Assembly (NCBI GenBank): GCA_022813865.1
Contig: JALDZX010000002.1
Location: forward strand, 248,001-312,000
Length of the DNA stretch: 64,000 bases
DNA from: Xylographa opegraphella
Taxonomy: Eukaryota
Direction: 5' to 3'
Made by a program: the position numbers and the translations under genes. Of the stretch, positions 39,890-52,901 are shown piece after piece. A model generated the notes under the pieces. It was not told the origin of the DNA, searched no databases, and saw only the letters and a list, made by a program, of their open reading frames with translations. The stretch's first letter is position 1, and every line of letters begins with the position of its first letter.

Positions 39890-40174
39890 GTGAGTGCGCT
39901 ATCCTCGTCTCTCCCATTTCACTCAAGAGCCACGCTTTCCGACGACCAACGTGCTCCATTGAGCCTGGTAGAGTGACCACTTTGCAAGCTGATATGCCTA
40001 TGGCGAGAAGTTGCAACCGTGTCAATGCTTCTCCTGTCAGAACACAATTACCCGCCATGACGTTGAACCTTCTCCCCATCTCTGCTCTCTGCTTCTTGCT
40101 TCGTTGAGCTTCATTTCCTCGGTCGAAGCTTCTCTATTGTTGAGAACTTAAGCTGATTCATTGCCGGAGCCTAG
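39890..40174 (+). other. Putative 5'-UTR intron of UGP1
   Basis: GTGAGT donor 39890, GCTGAT branch 40152, TAG acceptor 40174, 32 nt before the ATG. Confidence 0.55.
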
Positions 40175-40206
40175 TCCGTATTGAGTGAAACAACCTCCTT
40201 TATACA

Positions 40207-42222
40207 ATGGCTTCAAAAATTAGCAGCGCCTTGCCTGCCCACCTCAAGCCCCAGGGCAGCCACAGCAATGGAGACAGTGCCGGTGCCTTTGAGCGGAAAC
40301 ATCATGGAAAGTCACAATCTCACGTGGTGAGTCTGCGGGTCTTTTACGTCGCCTGTTCTGCTTGAGATGAGATGAGATGTCGATGGTGTCTTGATTCACT
40401 GGCTTTCGATGAGTCTTCTCATCGACTTCTACCGCGTCACACGCGGGGCTATGTCTTCAAGACACCGTTGTTACGAACGTTTTGCGTTGTGGAAAACGCA
40501 CGATGGCTCTTTCCAGACGTGTCCTGGGTTTGCCGAATCAATCTTGTGATTTTCGCTCTCGAGAGCGCTTAACATCATAAATATGCCCGTCTACCTACAA
40601 TTCCTTGACACAGACTTCTGCTCACCCATCTTCTCAAAGCAATGTCACCTTTGTTTTCAAACACGATGCATTCCCCCAAATCAGAATCGTGTGCAAGCTC
40701 TTCTACCGAAAGTGAAGCTAAGATTCCACTGCTAATCAATACTCGTGCTGGTACCCAGGCTTTCGAAAACACTTCAACCTCCGTCGCCGCCAGTCAAATG
40801 CGAAATGCCCTTAACCATCTGGTCGACACCGTTACAGATGGCGAGGAGAAGAAGCGATTCGAAACTGAGATGGACAACTTCTTCGCCCTTTTCCGCCGTT
40901 ATTTGAACGACAAGGCCAAGGGAAATGTTTTGACCTGGGATCGCATCCAGCCACCTAAGCCAGAGCAGGTGGTTGAATATAGTGATCTTGCGAACTCGGA
41001 ATCTGTCGCATTTCTGAGCAAGTTGGCCGTCATCAAGCTCAACGGCGGTCTGGGAACCTCGATGGGGTGTGTTGGGCCCAAATCTGTGATCGAGGTTCGT
41101 GATGGCATGTCGTTCCTCGACTTGTCTGTTCGACAAATCGAATACCTCAACCGCACCTATGATGTTAACGTCCCGTTTGTCCTGATGAACTCGTTCAACA
41201 CTGACGAGGACACCCAAAACATCATCAAGAAATACGAGGGCCACAACATCGACATCCTCACATTCAACCAGTCGCGCTATCCTCGTGTCCTGAGAGATTC
41301 CCTCCTTCCGGCGCCCAAGTCATACAATTCCCAGCTATCTGACTGGTACCCCCCCGGACACGGTGACGTCTTCGAATCTCTCTACAACTCCGGAATCCTC
41401 GACCAGCTCATTGAGCGTGGAGTGGAGGTTGTCTTCCTGTCGAACGCCGACAACCTGGGTGCTGTTGTTGATCTCCGGATCCTGCAGCATATGGTTGAGA
41501 CTGATGCCGAATACATCATGGAGTTGACGGACAAGACCAAGGCTGACGTCAAAGGTGGTACTATCATTGACTACGACAACTCCGTCCGTCTCCTGGAAAT
41601 CGCCCAAGTGCCCAAGGAGCACACGAACGAGTTCAAGTCGATCAAGAAGTTCAAGTACTTCAACACCAACAACATCTGGCTCAACCTCAAAGCCATCAAG
41701 CGAGTGGTGGAGAACAACGAGCTGGAAATGGAAATCATCCCCAACAACAAGAGCATCCCAGCGGACAAGAAGGGCGAGTCGGACGTGAACATCGTCCAGC
41801 TCGAAACTGCCGTTGGTGCCGCGATCCGGCATTTCAAGAACGCGCACGGGGTGAACGTGCCCCGCAAGCGCTTCCTGCCGGTCAAGACGTGCTCGGATCT
41901 CATGCTGGTCAAGTCGGACCTCTACACGCTGAAGCACGGCCAGCTCGTCATCGACACGAGCCGGTTCGGGCCGGCGCCGCTGATCAAGCTCGGGACGGAC
42001 TTCAAGAAGGTCAGCGATTTCCAGAAGCGCATCCCCAGCATCCCGAAGATCCTCGAGCTGGACCACCTCACCATCACCGGGGCGGTGAACCTGGGACGCG
42101 GGGTGGTGCTCAAGGGGACGGTGATCATCGTGGCGACGGAAGGCAGCACGATCGACATCCCGCCCGGGTCGATCCTGGAGAACGTGGTGGTGCAGGGCAG
42201 CTTGAGGCTGCTGGAGCACTGA
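40207..42222 (+). CDS. UGP1: UTP-glucose-1-phosphate uridylyltransferase
   Basis: Exon 1 40207..40326 ([25 protein letters not shown]), intron 40327..40758, then [54 protein letters not shown]. Confidence 0.97.
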
Positions 42223-42639
42223 GCAGAGAGAAGGAGGAGGAGGAGGCTCGAGGGTGCGTCCACATTGGGTTTTCCGTGGGTGGCGGAAAGGCCCAGCCTT
42301 TTGTGGGAGTGATTCAAGGGGGAGGGGGCAGGGTTTCATCTTCACATAGATTACGATGGAGTGCAGTCGCACCATCACCTTGTACGTAGTAAGTGTTTTG
42401 TATGCCAGAATCTTGGACGGTAGCGGCTTCCTCATACATGATCTATCAACATACATTTTCACTGGAAGATGCGTGTGCGTGAAAAGCTCCCGACACTGGT
42501 CGAAGTATGCGGGTAGACACTCGGATCGATCCGAAGAACGGCAGCAAGAACAGGCACAGCAGCGGATTGGCCGGCAAGTGTACGCACATGCCAAGTGGAA
42601 CTGGAGACTACACCGGCGACAAATTGTAGGTAGAGAGAG

Positions 42640-42641
<2 letters not shown>

Positions 42642-42679
<38 letters not shown>
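42642..42679. repeat. (GT)n microsatellite, about 19 units
   Basis: Directly visible. Confidence 0.97.
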
Positions 42680-42685
<6 letters not shown>

Positions 42686-43995
42686 TTGCTCACGTTCATC
42701 ACACTCAACCAATCCGTGGCTAGATTTACTTGACGAGGGCGGGAGGGAGCATGCCAGCCATGACCCATGCCCCCCCGAAGACGGGCCCTCGGGCGGTGTG
42801 GAGAAAAGTACGGAGGTGCTTTGCCGCAACCTCCACGCGTCCCCCCCCGAGAGCGGTGTCGAATCAGGGGATGGCGCTCACATGTGCAAGAAGTCCTACT
42901 TGGCTGATCTCACCCGTTGAGCGACGGGGGGAAGGAAGGCAGGAAGGGAGGATGAAACGGGGAGCCGATTGATAAGAAAGCTTAGCCAGCGACGATGCGT
43001 TTCGTTTCGGCGGGACCCGCCTGAGCTTGGGGGGGCGAGTACCAAGCTTTCTCGGCCGCTGCAGATCGTTGGCGGACGGAGTCTTGGCTGGCAGGGCGCA
43101 GGTTCTTGGGGGGGCGTTTTGACGGTGCGCACGCTGAGTCGATACAGTAGTGCCCAAGATACTTTACCGGTGTTGACCTGTGTTTGGCTCGTGTGAAAGG
43201 CAGGGTGGGTGTTGTAGTCGACAAGGCGTGAATGGCAAAGAGAGGGGCGAGACGGGGTCGCCAGCTGGAGACTCTTTCATCGGGGTGGCGTTCTTCCGGA
43301 CGAAGAAGAGGCAAGGATAGCCGGGCGCGAGGAAAGCTTGCCGAGATGCAAGCAGATAAGGTAAACGGATCATGTTGTGAGGGCGTACATGTTACACATG
43401 CAGGAGCATCGAGATACATCCAGATATACAAGGCCCATCTTCTCACCCAGCTTTTCCCTCCTGCATACCACTCTCCGTCTCGTAACAACGTAGGACCTAA
43501 AAGCTCTCGGCCAGGATCGTCGGCTGAGCCCCGAAAGTCAAGCAGCCAACGGGCACTTCGCCGCGCTAAGCACCGCTGCAGCAGACCCTTTGCCCCAAAT
43601 CAATTTGTTCTGCAGATTACTCTACTTCGTACCTTCGTCTTGCGCGTCCACCCCCCGGCATGCTGTAACGTACCGTACTTTGTCAGGTAGCCAGCCGTTT
43701 CTTCCGTGCGCTCTCCCTCCCACCAAAGGGGGCATCGAAGCTCCCTTCTCCCTTTTCTCCCCTCTTTCCTCCCCCTTCCCTCGTTTCTTCACCCAAGCAC
43801 GCGACACTCTTGGCATCCATCCCACAAACACCCAACCCGTTCCCCGGATCGGCATTCTTGGCATCAACCGCAGCCTCCATCTCCAGCCTTGTTGTGTGAC
43901 GAGTCGTCCTTCGATCCCATCGTTCTCGCTCCGAGCTGGCAGCTGGGACTTTGCCTGACTATGCTACGTGAGCAGATGTAGCAGGAGCGGTATCA

Positions 43996-45269
43996 ATGCT
44001 CATCCGATCCCTCTACTCGCTATCCCTCGCCGTTCTACTCGTGTGCTTGGGGCTGTTGGAGACCATCGTCGTCACCGCCGATGCCGACTTTGAGAGCGTG
44101 AGGGTGCGCTTGACCAAGGATTATAGTGGCAAGCGTGGAGATCCGAAGGAGAAGTACTTTCGTGAGTGTTCGCCCTCGTGCTCTGTCAAGTGCTGCACCG
44201 ACTGACGGCGTGTCCCAGATGAGTCGGTGTAAGCACCCCTGCCTTGCTCGTTCCGGGCCACCGCTGATGTCGAGATATACACAGCTTTCATCCACACTAC
44301 GATGGCAGGTACGAGCATCCCCCCGCTTCTCTCATCAAGGACCCGCTGACCTTCGGGGCCAGGTTCGCCGATCGACAGCTCAACTATGAGGACCGGCGGT
44401 CCCATCTGGTCGCTCTGATGCAAACCTACCTTTTCACAATGCAGGACATCGGCGCAGAAACGTGGCTGATGCACGGCACCTTGATGGGGTGGTGGTGGAA
44501 TCGCAAGGTCGCACCTCGCTGGAGAGCGCTGAGGAGCTAGGCTGATGAAATGTGCAGATTCTACCGTGGGACTCCGACATTGATGTTCAGATGACGGTCG
44601 ATACCCTCGACTTTCTTGCGAGCTACTACAATATGTCCGTTTTTCACTACCATCTGCCGCATATACCGGAAGGGAGAGACTATATGCTGGAGATCAATCC
44701 TGGATTTGCGACGGTGGGTGAGTTCGACAAGCTCAACATGATCGATGCGAGATGGATTGATATGGAAACCGGGCTATTTATTGACGTGACGACCGTTCGG
44801 CCCAATGTCACCGCGAGGGCGATGGGGATCGAAGGAGCCCTGCAGTGCAAGGATAAGCACCACTACCTTGTGCGTCCTGAACGGAGCCGTGACACACCCC
44901 CACAGACCAAATGCTGACCATCCTGTTGGACCAGGAGCAAGATTTGTTTCCATTACGAGATAGTCTATTCGAAGATACCCCTGTGAAAATCCCTTTTCAG
45001 TATGCGTGGCTTCTCGAAGAGGAATACTCCAAAGCCTCCTTGACGCGAACGGAGTTCGAAAGGTTTGACTTCTCGTGAATTGATCACCAGCTTCTTAGCT
45101 GACCGAATGGTGCAGACACCAATGGAATGCGACCACGATGGAATGGGAACCCATGAAGTCAGTCCCACTTCACCATCCTCCTGAGCCCCCTATCTCGCAG
45201 CTCCTCAAGGCTTTTACGCCGGGGATCAATCGTCCGCAGAAAAGTCGGCCAAAGTCACATCCCACTTGA
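43996..45269 (+). CDS. LicD/fukutin-family mannosylphosphate transferase (MNN4-like)
   Basis: Signal/anchor, then spliced KYFHESVFHPHYDGRF..TWLMHGTLMGWWWNRKILPWDSDIDVQ..IDARWIDMETGLFIDVT; seven exons; 3' end tentative. Confidence 0.88.
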
Positions 45270-45858
45270 ACCCCCTTCTCTTGTACATTATCCATTTTCT
45301 GCATGTCAGAATCACTTGCTCGCGGCACAGGTTGATCACGAGGAGACCACGAGACTGACCACGCGTGCGCTGCAGAGGTCGGAGATATCCCAAAGGCGGT
45401 CGTCCACGGAGGCCTTCCCCACCAGCCGCCAAGAAGCCAGTATAGCACGATGCCTTTCATCAGACAATCTTCGATACGACCTCACGACACCATACCTCTC
45501 CCTCTCGCTCCATCGCGCCACTTCTCCCACACCTCAACCTCAACACCTTCAATCGCGCCCGGCCCCTGCTCCCTCCACCACCTCCACCTGTTTGCCAGCC
45601 TATCTTCGCGTGTATCTAGCGGGCGTTACCACATATCTACCATCCTTCCACCCGGATCCTTTCTCTCACGGAATTTCATGTATCCACCACCGCAGCGACC
45701 ACCGCCTCCGCCAAGGCCCGGCAGAGCGCGCCTGTATTATTCGGGTTCGAATACGGCGCAGCTGGGGGGGGGGGGGCTGTATAAAGCGAAGAACCGGCTT
45801 TTTATGTGAATGGAAACGATGCCGGTCTAGGGGGCGTTTTTGTCGTCTGGAGCTTCTT

Positions 45859-45875
45859 NNNNNNNNNNNNNNNNN
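45859..45875. other. Assembly gap (17 N)
   Basis: Run of N about 80 nt after a G13 homopolymer (45764..45776). Confidence 0.99.
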
Positions 45876-46544
45876 TTTTTGGCGGTAGACGGAAGCGGAG
45901 ACGGGGGAGTCGGAATGGATGCCCGGTTTTTGTGCGGAATCACTCGTCTGCGCGCTCTGGGGGTGGTTGATTCTAGTGGAGAACAAGAAAGGTTGGGATA
46001 GGAGGCGGGGGCGGGATATGCAACTCGTACATACCCCCCCACCTTGGACATACTCTCAAGTTCTCTCTCGCGCGCAGCAGAAAAGCGCGTCCGTTGATGC
46101 TGCTTTCGCGTGTCGAGCCGTGCTTGTGTCGGCCCGTCTCATCGTCCCATGGCATCGCACTCCGTCGTCGTCGTCACATACTCGTGTGTATACATCCCCC
46201 CCCCCCCACCTTTTCCGCCCCCCCCCCACCTACATTGTTTCCGTGTCCGCTATGGGTGCCGTGGCTGTGGAATACACGCACGCACGCACGCGCTCGCTGC
46301 TCCGCTGTGTGTCCGACCCCCCCGCCTCGCTCGTTGGGCATCGGTCCTTTCGCTCAACCCGTGGGCTTTCTTATTTAGTCTGTCATATCGCGTGTGATCG
46401 TCACGTCTGAGCATGTCTGTTTAAGCGGCTGCGCATTATGCGCTGTGCGTATTATTTGGTTAGTTTAATTTAATTAATTCCTGTATCCTGCACTTATAGT
46501 CTAGCATGGCTTGGCCTGGCTCGGTCCAGGTTTTTGTGGATGGT

Positions 46545-46870
46545 GCTGTGGGGGTGGGGGTCGGATGGGGTGGGGATGGGGATGGGATGGGGGAAGGGGA
46601 AGGGGAAGGGGAAGGGGAAGGGGAAGGGGAAGGGGTGGAATAGGGAGTGGGGTTAGAGGTTGAAGTGGGGCTAGAGGTAGGGTCAGAGATGACTGTAGTG
46701 GCAGAGGTGGCTGTAAGGCTAGAGGTAGGGCCAGACGTAGGGGTAGGGGTAGAGGTAGAGGTAGAGGTAGAGGTAAAGATAAAACTAGCGGTGGCTGTAA
46801 CGGTAGCCGTTGCTGTAGGGGCAGAGGCTGCTGTAGGATTAAAGGTAGAGGTAGAGGTAAGGAGTAGGAG
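46545..46870. repeat. Degenerate hexamer-periodic G-rich array including (GGGGAA)n and (GTAGAG)n
   Basis: Directly visible 6-nt periodicity. Confidence 0.9.
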
Positions 46871-47179
46871 AGGCACAGAAGCGTTCACGCAATGCACGTC
46901 GTGGGCAGTCGCTACCTGATGAATCCCACTGATTGAGAACAGGGCAAGTATGGCATCACCATTACTGTGCAAGCGCTAAAGAACCACAGCACCGCATCAG
47001 CTTGATAGGACCGATGGCGCCCGTGGAACGTGCACAACGCGGAAAGTGGTATCTACACGCCCCCGAGCTATGGAAGGCGCAGAACGGCATGCCGGTGAAA
47101 GATTCTCGTCCGTAGGAATCTGCTCCCACGCCCGTCCCTCCTCCTCCTTCCTCCCCCGCCACCCCTCGGCACACCCCAC

Positions 47180-50100
47180 TCAGCTAGGCGTTCCCTGCCG
47201 GCTGTTGTCCTTCTTGCTCAGGAAACTCCGCCGCGCAGTACCCCGGGGGCTGTTGGCGATACTGCTCGCGTCCGCAGCGACGAAGCACGACCGAACGAGC
47301 ACAGTCCCCCCAGCACAGGTAACGACCTTCTCGCTGCCCGTCTCAGAGTCGTCGATGACGAAGAGCGCCTCGCCGAGGTCGTCGCTGCCGAAGCGCTTAT
47401 CATCCTTAACCTGGATCTGGAACTGCGCGTCGGGCGCGCAGCCGACTTTGAACGTCTCGTTCTCCCACTGGACGGTGCCCGACGGCGACTTGACCGCTTT
47501 GGTCTTGTGGACTTCCTTGCTGCCCTTGGCGCCAATCTGCTTGACGTGCACCTGCACTTTGGCGGACGCCGCGAAGCCGGAAGCGGACAAGATGGTGAAG
47601 GTGGCCGTGCCGGCACCGGGTGTACCGCCTGCGGCGCCGACGGCGGATTTGGAGCCCGAGCTCGCGGTGCGGTTGTGTGATGACTGTCCAGGAGAGAAGC
47701 CCGAGCTGCCGTTTGCCGTGGGGAAGGTTCCACCGCTGGAGACTCCTCGTTGAGGAAATACCGTACCGGCTGGGCTGCCACTGCCAAATGGAACGCCCTG
47801 CGGCTCTTCTATGGAGGGAATGACGGTCCCACTCCCGTTCGTGAGGTCCGGGACGAGGCTTCCATGATTTGCGGTTGACGAATCTTTGCTGCTTTTCAGA
47901 CCACTACGGAGAAAAGATGTACCCTTTCCGATACCTTTGACAGGGGTGCCAATGACCTTGGTAGCGGTTCCCATGGTACCCTGGAAGGTGGACGAGCCTT
48001 GACGGGATCGCGTGACATACGAGGACTTGAAAAGTAATCTGAGCCGAATTTGTCCGGATTTACCATCTAGCGGAAGAATGACTTCTTTGGCCAGCTGGGG
48101 TTCGAGCTCTTTGAGATCGATCGTTGCGGCACCAAGGAAATCATCCTTGTCTCCCATGTCCCAATCCATAACCCGAACGATGAATTTTGCGGCGGTGCGG
48201 GACTTGATAGGGATTTCAAACGACTCATTCCATATTGGCTGAAGGGTCTTCTTTTGTGTCTTGGATTTGAAGACACTCTCCCCGTTCAGATCGAATTTGC
48301 AGTAGGGATCACTATAACCGTTTCGGTCTGCGGCAGGCAGTTGTGAAGCCTCAAAAACATCCACCCGAAGAGTACCCATGTTACTCATGCTCTCGCTAGG
48401 ATCCAAAGTCATCTTGATCGGAAGATACTTCATACTGATTTTGACCTTATTGATTGAGCCGTCGGCACCTCTAAGCGAGAGTTCGGTTGGTGTATACTGC
48501 TGCGTGTTAACTTCAAATCCACGTTCAATCGTAGTTGCTGTGCGAAGACTTACCAGGGATTTCTGCAGTACCTGAAGGGTGTCTCCAACTAACTTCGCAA
48601 ACACGTTTTCTGCACCCTGTTCGCCACCCTTCTTATCTTCTTTCTGTACTAAGCGAAGCGTGATCCTGGACATGTCAAGTTCGCGGACGATAGCATCACC
48701 AGCTGGTTTTGTTGTCAGTGATCGTCGAGAGGCATTGGTCACTTGTAAAGCACTCACTTTCTTCGAATTCGGTATGCTTAGATGTGGCCTTAGAGAACGA
48801 ATAGGATGGGAAGGCCATATCGTCCATTACTACTTCCAGGAAAAGATTTGATCGTGCGAAATCCCCTTCGATAAGCTTGAAAATCAAGAGACCGGTGTCT
48901 ATAGAAATTAGTATCGGTTTGCAGAGTTGACCGAAATGCTGCGCAGGGCATAGCATACCATACTTGACAAGCTTATCTACCGTCAACCGAATTTTAGGCG
49001 CCGCCTTCACCTCCCTTGTCTCGTACGCTTCTTCTGTAGTAGACAATTGTTGGGCAAGCTTACTGTCAATTTTTCCGAGCTGATTATCGGTTTCATTGGC
49101 AGCCTCCACAGGGTCTGGACTTGAGGGATTCACAAGACCATTGCCGGCACTGGCTTTCGAAGTAGTGTTTGAGTCTGTGCCGTTCTGTGTATCTGCTAGT
49201 GCCATGTCTGCTTCCTCGTCGTCAGGGTCTACCACATTGAGAGTAGGATAGAAAGCCACGTTGAAGTTAAGCGTGCCTTTCGGTGGTCCTCCGCCGTGCA
49301 TTCGCAAGGGCTCGGACCTGTCTCGGCGGTGGTTGTGCACTTCGTACTCGCCATCATCACCTTCCTTAATATAGTCCGCCGCTGATATTTCTGTAAGTCC
49401 CAATGAACGATCCTTGGTTACATTCTGATAGTCCATCACTTCGAGTACAAGGCGTTCTCTTGGCGAATGCACAGGTACGTACACAACCTCATCAAAGTCC
49501 GGATTGAGGTTGCTCTGAAAGGTCACAGTCTTTGCCTTTTCAATGCCCGAGAGCAGAACTCTTACATATGGGTCTGATTTGCCCATCGTTTCGACATTCC
49601 TCAGGTCTCGCGCACTCTGGAAGTGGAATCGCATCACTCCAATCGGAGTAGCGTAACCTCCTGAAGTACCAATGATACCTGGAATAGAAACTGGTTTCCA
49701 CTGAAGCAGAAGCTTGATGCTTCCCGTCTTCGCGCCCGACAGCTGGAACCACTCTTTTTCGTCGTCCGCAAACTTCATCATGTCGTCCAGCTTGACCTGA
49801 TAAGTTCCCAACACAGGATCCGTTGCTATATCTCGATCATCTTTGATCACAACGCCTAGTCGGGCAGATTTTCGATCCGTAATAAAGAATTCTTTTGATC
49901 CATCTGGCCATATCGGTCGGTTTGTCCTCTTTAACTTTGTGCTTTGATGTACTTCTTTTCCGTTGAGGAGAAGAACAGCATACGGGTTAAGTTGACCAAC
50001 CATACTCTTGCTCCCGTCTAGGTCTCGAGCTTGTTCAACGGTGAATCGTGCGATGCCTGTGTTGGATTCTGGTGGCGGTTCTTGCTTTCCATCCTCGAGC

Positions 50101-52018
50101 TTTAAGCCCTCGAGCACTGGGAAAAATCTTATATCTGCTTGTATGATTCCACGTTGTTTACCATTACTCATCACATCTAGCTGCATATTCTCATGCTCCG
50201 GATCTTCCTGAAACTTTTCCATGGCAAAGGATCCAGTGCCAAGCTCCTTATCCTTCCGAATTTCGTTAAAGTCGAAGACTTGTAGAGTTAGTGTAGCGGT
50301 GAGAGAAGTGACGATAACAAAGATGGTTTCGTTCCAACGAGGATTGGCCGTTTGTTTCACGATCTTGGTCTTTCCAAGGACCTCTCGGCTATCCAAGGAG
50401 ACAATGATATATGGATCTGGTGAGCCTGCGAGAGCGTCTGAATTCCTGAGGCCTTGAGCGCCATGCAGTGTCACCGCCACTATACCAATAGCTTGGTCCA
50501 CAGGGTTTCCTGCCATGATCTTCGCAATCTCAATAGGAAACACATTTGGATCATACATAATCGGTTGCAGGGTCCCGTGGATCATTTCGATAATAAAAGA
50601 CTCTAGTCCGGGTATAAAGTTGATGTCAAAACCAAGAGTCTCTCCACCGAGGGGCTTGCACACATAGTCGATGACCGGTTTGTCGAGAAAGCATATGTCT
50701 ACCTTGTCGATATGGGGGAATGGGGCTTGGAGCTTTACCTTGACTCTCATGTTGCCTGAAAATGCAAAGTCCTCCACTATTACATCAAGCGCCTTGCTCA
50801 CAAGCCCGATACCGAGCCTTATCTCCAAGACCACTTTTGGATTAAGTTTTTCCTTCAATTGTCTGGCAGTCATATCCATTTTGTCTCCGGGGGTGAAGCT
50901 GAATTTCCAGTCCATCAGTACGATATCGTCATCGGCCTTTGGGTATGTCTTCACGCATTCCAACCGCGGAGGTTTCGTACCGAGAGTGAAGAACTTCATT
51001 CGAAGGCTATCGACAAAGGCTGGCGTTGAAGTACTCAGGATCTGATCGACCGAAGCGATAATGATCTCACAAATGTGCGGTGCGTATATAGGCCAGAACT
51101 TGACTAGGAAGCTATTTATCCATTCGAGTGATTCCGTGTCCGTTTCCAGACGAGTTTTTGCCATTTCCCTGTTCACGTCGTCGCGAAAGTTTCGTCGGAC
51201 ACGCCTAATGGAGGTTCGGTAGTAGGTTCCGCAGAACGCCATCACAATGAACACCCATCCAAGACCTCCTCCAAGAAGGGCGACGAACCACGATGCAAGA
51301 CAGGCAAATACTATGACCGCGGAGTTGTGGTACCAGTCTGGCATCATTAGCCGTGCTCTGGTGATCAATGATCCAGAGCATTGTCCTTACCTCCAAACAA
51401 TTTGTCATCAAGCACTGACTCCAAAGCAGTCGCCTTGTCGAGAAGACTTTCGTTCTTCTCCGCTTCTGTCATCGTTCCTTCGCCAAACCGTGGTGCCCAA
51501 CCCACACGATCCACCCATCGCCTCTGCTCATCTTCATCTGCGATGTTTCCATTCGATTTGGATTCCTTTGTCGAGATCGGCGGGCTAGGCGGAGCGACTG
51601 CTGTTGCTCTTGTTGGAGAAGGGAGGTCATACGCAGCTGGCGGAATGGGGTCCTGTGTTCATTGTGAGGCTAGCTTCGCATTGACGGTGCAAGATCGACC
51701 CTTACCGCATCCGAGACAAGTCCAGCTGCAGAGACTTTGTGTTGATAGAAACCCTGAGGTAAATCCTGTGCGGTTGCCCTTCAGCAGAGGAAAGCAGAGG
51801 GAATCACTTCCACAAACCGCATGTACGAGCGCAGCTTTCTCTTCCGGAGCAGCAGCAGGGTCGAAGAAGTACGCTGGTGTGCCAGCCTTTTCCGCTTCAT
51901 CCATCAATGTCTGCTCCGCTTGCTGCGCAGTGACGGGGTTGTGTGGATCCGCCGCAGCATTCACCGTGGCCTTCGACTTGAGCTCGCCATTGACTGACGG
52001 GCGATGCGACGAGAACAT
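47180..52018 (-). CDS. Tricalbin / extended-synaptotagmin (hairpin TM, SMP domain, multiple C2 domains)
   Basis: DWYHNSAVIVFACLASW, ESLEWINSFLVKFWP, FTLGTKPPR, C2 motifs SPDPY, GKSDPYVRV, AADRNGYSDPYCKF; several introns. Confidence 0.93.
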
Positions 52019-52901
52019 TGCGGTTCATACAGCTGCGACGCGTTCACCAAGGTTTGTAGTCAGTCGGATGCCGACGGTGATCGAAGCATGGGGGTGTGGA
52101 GGAGACCGAGGAGAAGTGGATTGCGTTGTACAGATGCTCTATGTACGAGTACTGACTAAACTAGTTGATTGGCGATGGTTGAGATGGAGCTCTGGATCGG
52201 GACCGGCAAGACCCTGGGGAAGCTTGTTCTGTACACTTACAGGGGTCTCAGCTGCACAGGGATTGCTCTTACTTGAGCGCATGGGGGGGAAATGGTGGGG
52301 GAATACCGGGTTTCGATCAGTGGACCCTTTTTCGGTCCACTGGAAGGAACTAGGATCAATACCTACCAGCTCTTATCTTGATCGCGATGGGCCGTCAAGC
52401 TCGCCCAAATCAACACCATTCGCTGAAGTTGTCCTATACAGCGCTCCAGTGTCTCTTGTACTCCGTATCGCACCTCCAATATCTACTACTAGAGGGCATA
52501 GCACCAGCATTTATCAGACACTTTTTACTATTTACTCCTCCGGCATAGATTCTTCATCAACAATTCAGCTCAACAGGATAGTAGATCAGGATAGTGAATT
52601 ATCAGTGCACTTCCCTACGGTTAGCAAAACAAAACATAATTAGCATACTCAAAAACGACAAAGCTTCGAGGTATCATATACAGGCAGCTTGATAACATGT
52701 TTATTTCCCATGATTCTAACGTACAGCATTGACCTTGAAAGGGTCCTCGCAGTAAACCCCTTGACCATGAGGTGAAGCCATCAGTTCATCACCTGCAGCC
52801 CTAAGCAACTCCTCCGCTTTCGAAGGTACTGCGCATATCGTACGCAGTCGGCCGTGTGCTACAATGCGCGTCTAATGTTTTGTTCCCGTACGGCGGCTCC
52901 C

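Noticed and set aside
41335..42768. 477-codon antisense ORF over UGP1 (likewise 2158-3027, 29668-30558, 51381-52643)
   Set aside because: Shadow frames caused by codon bias and microsatellites opposite real genes
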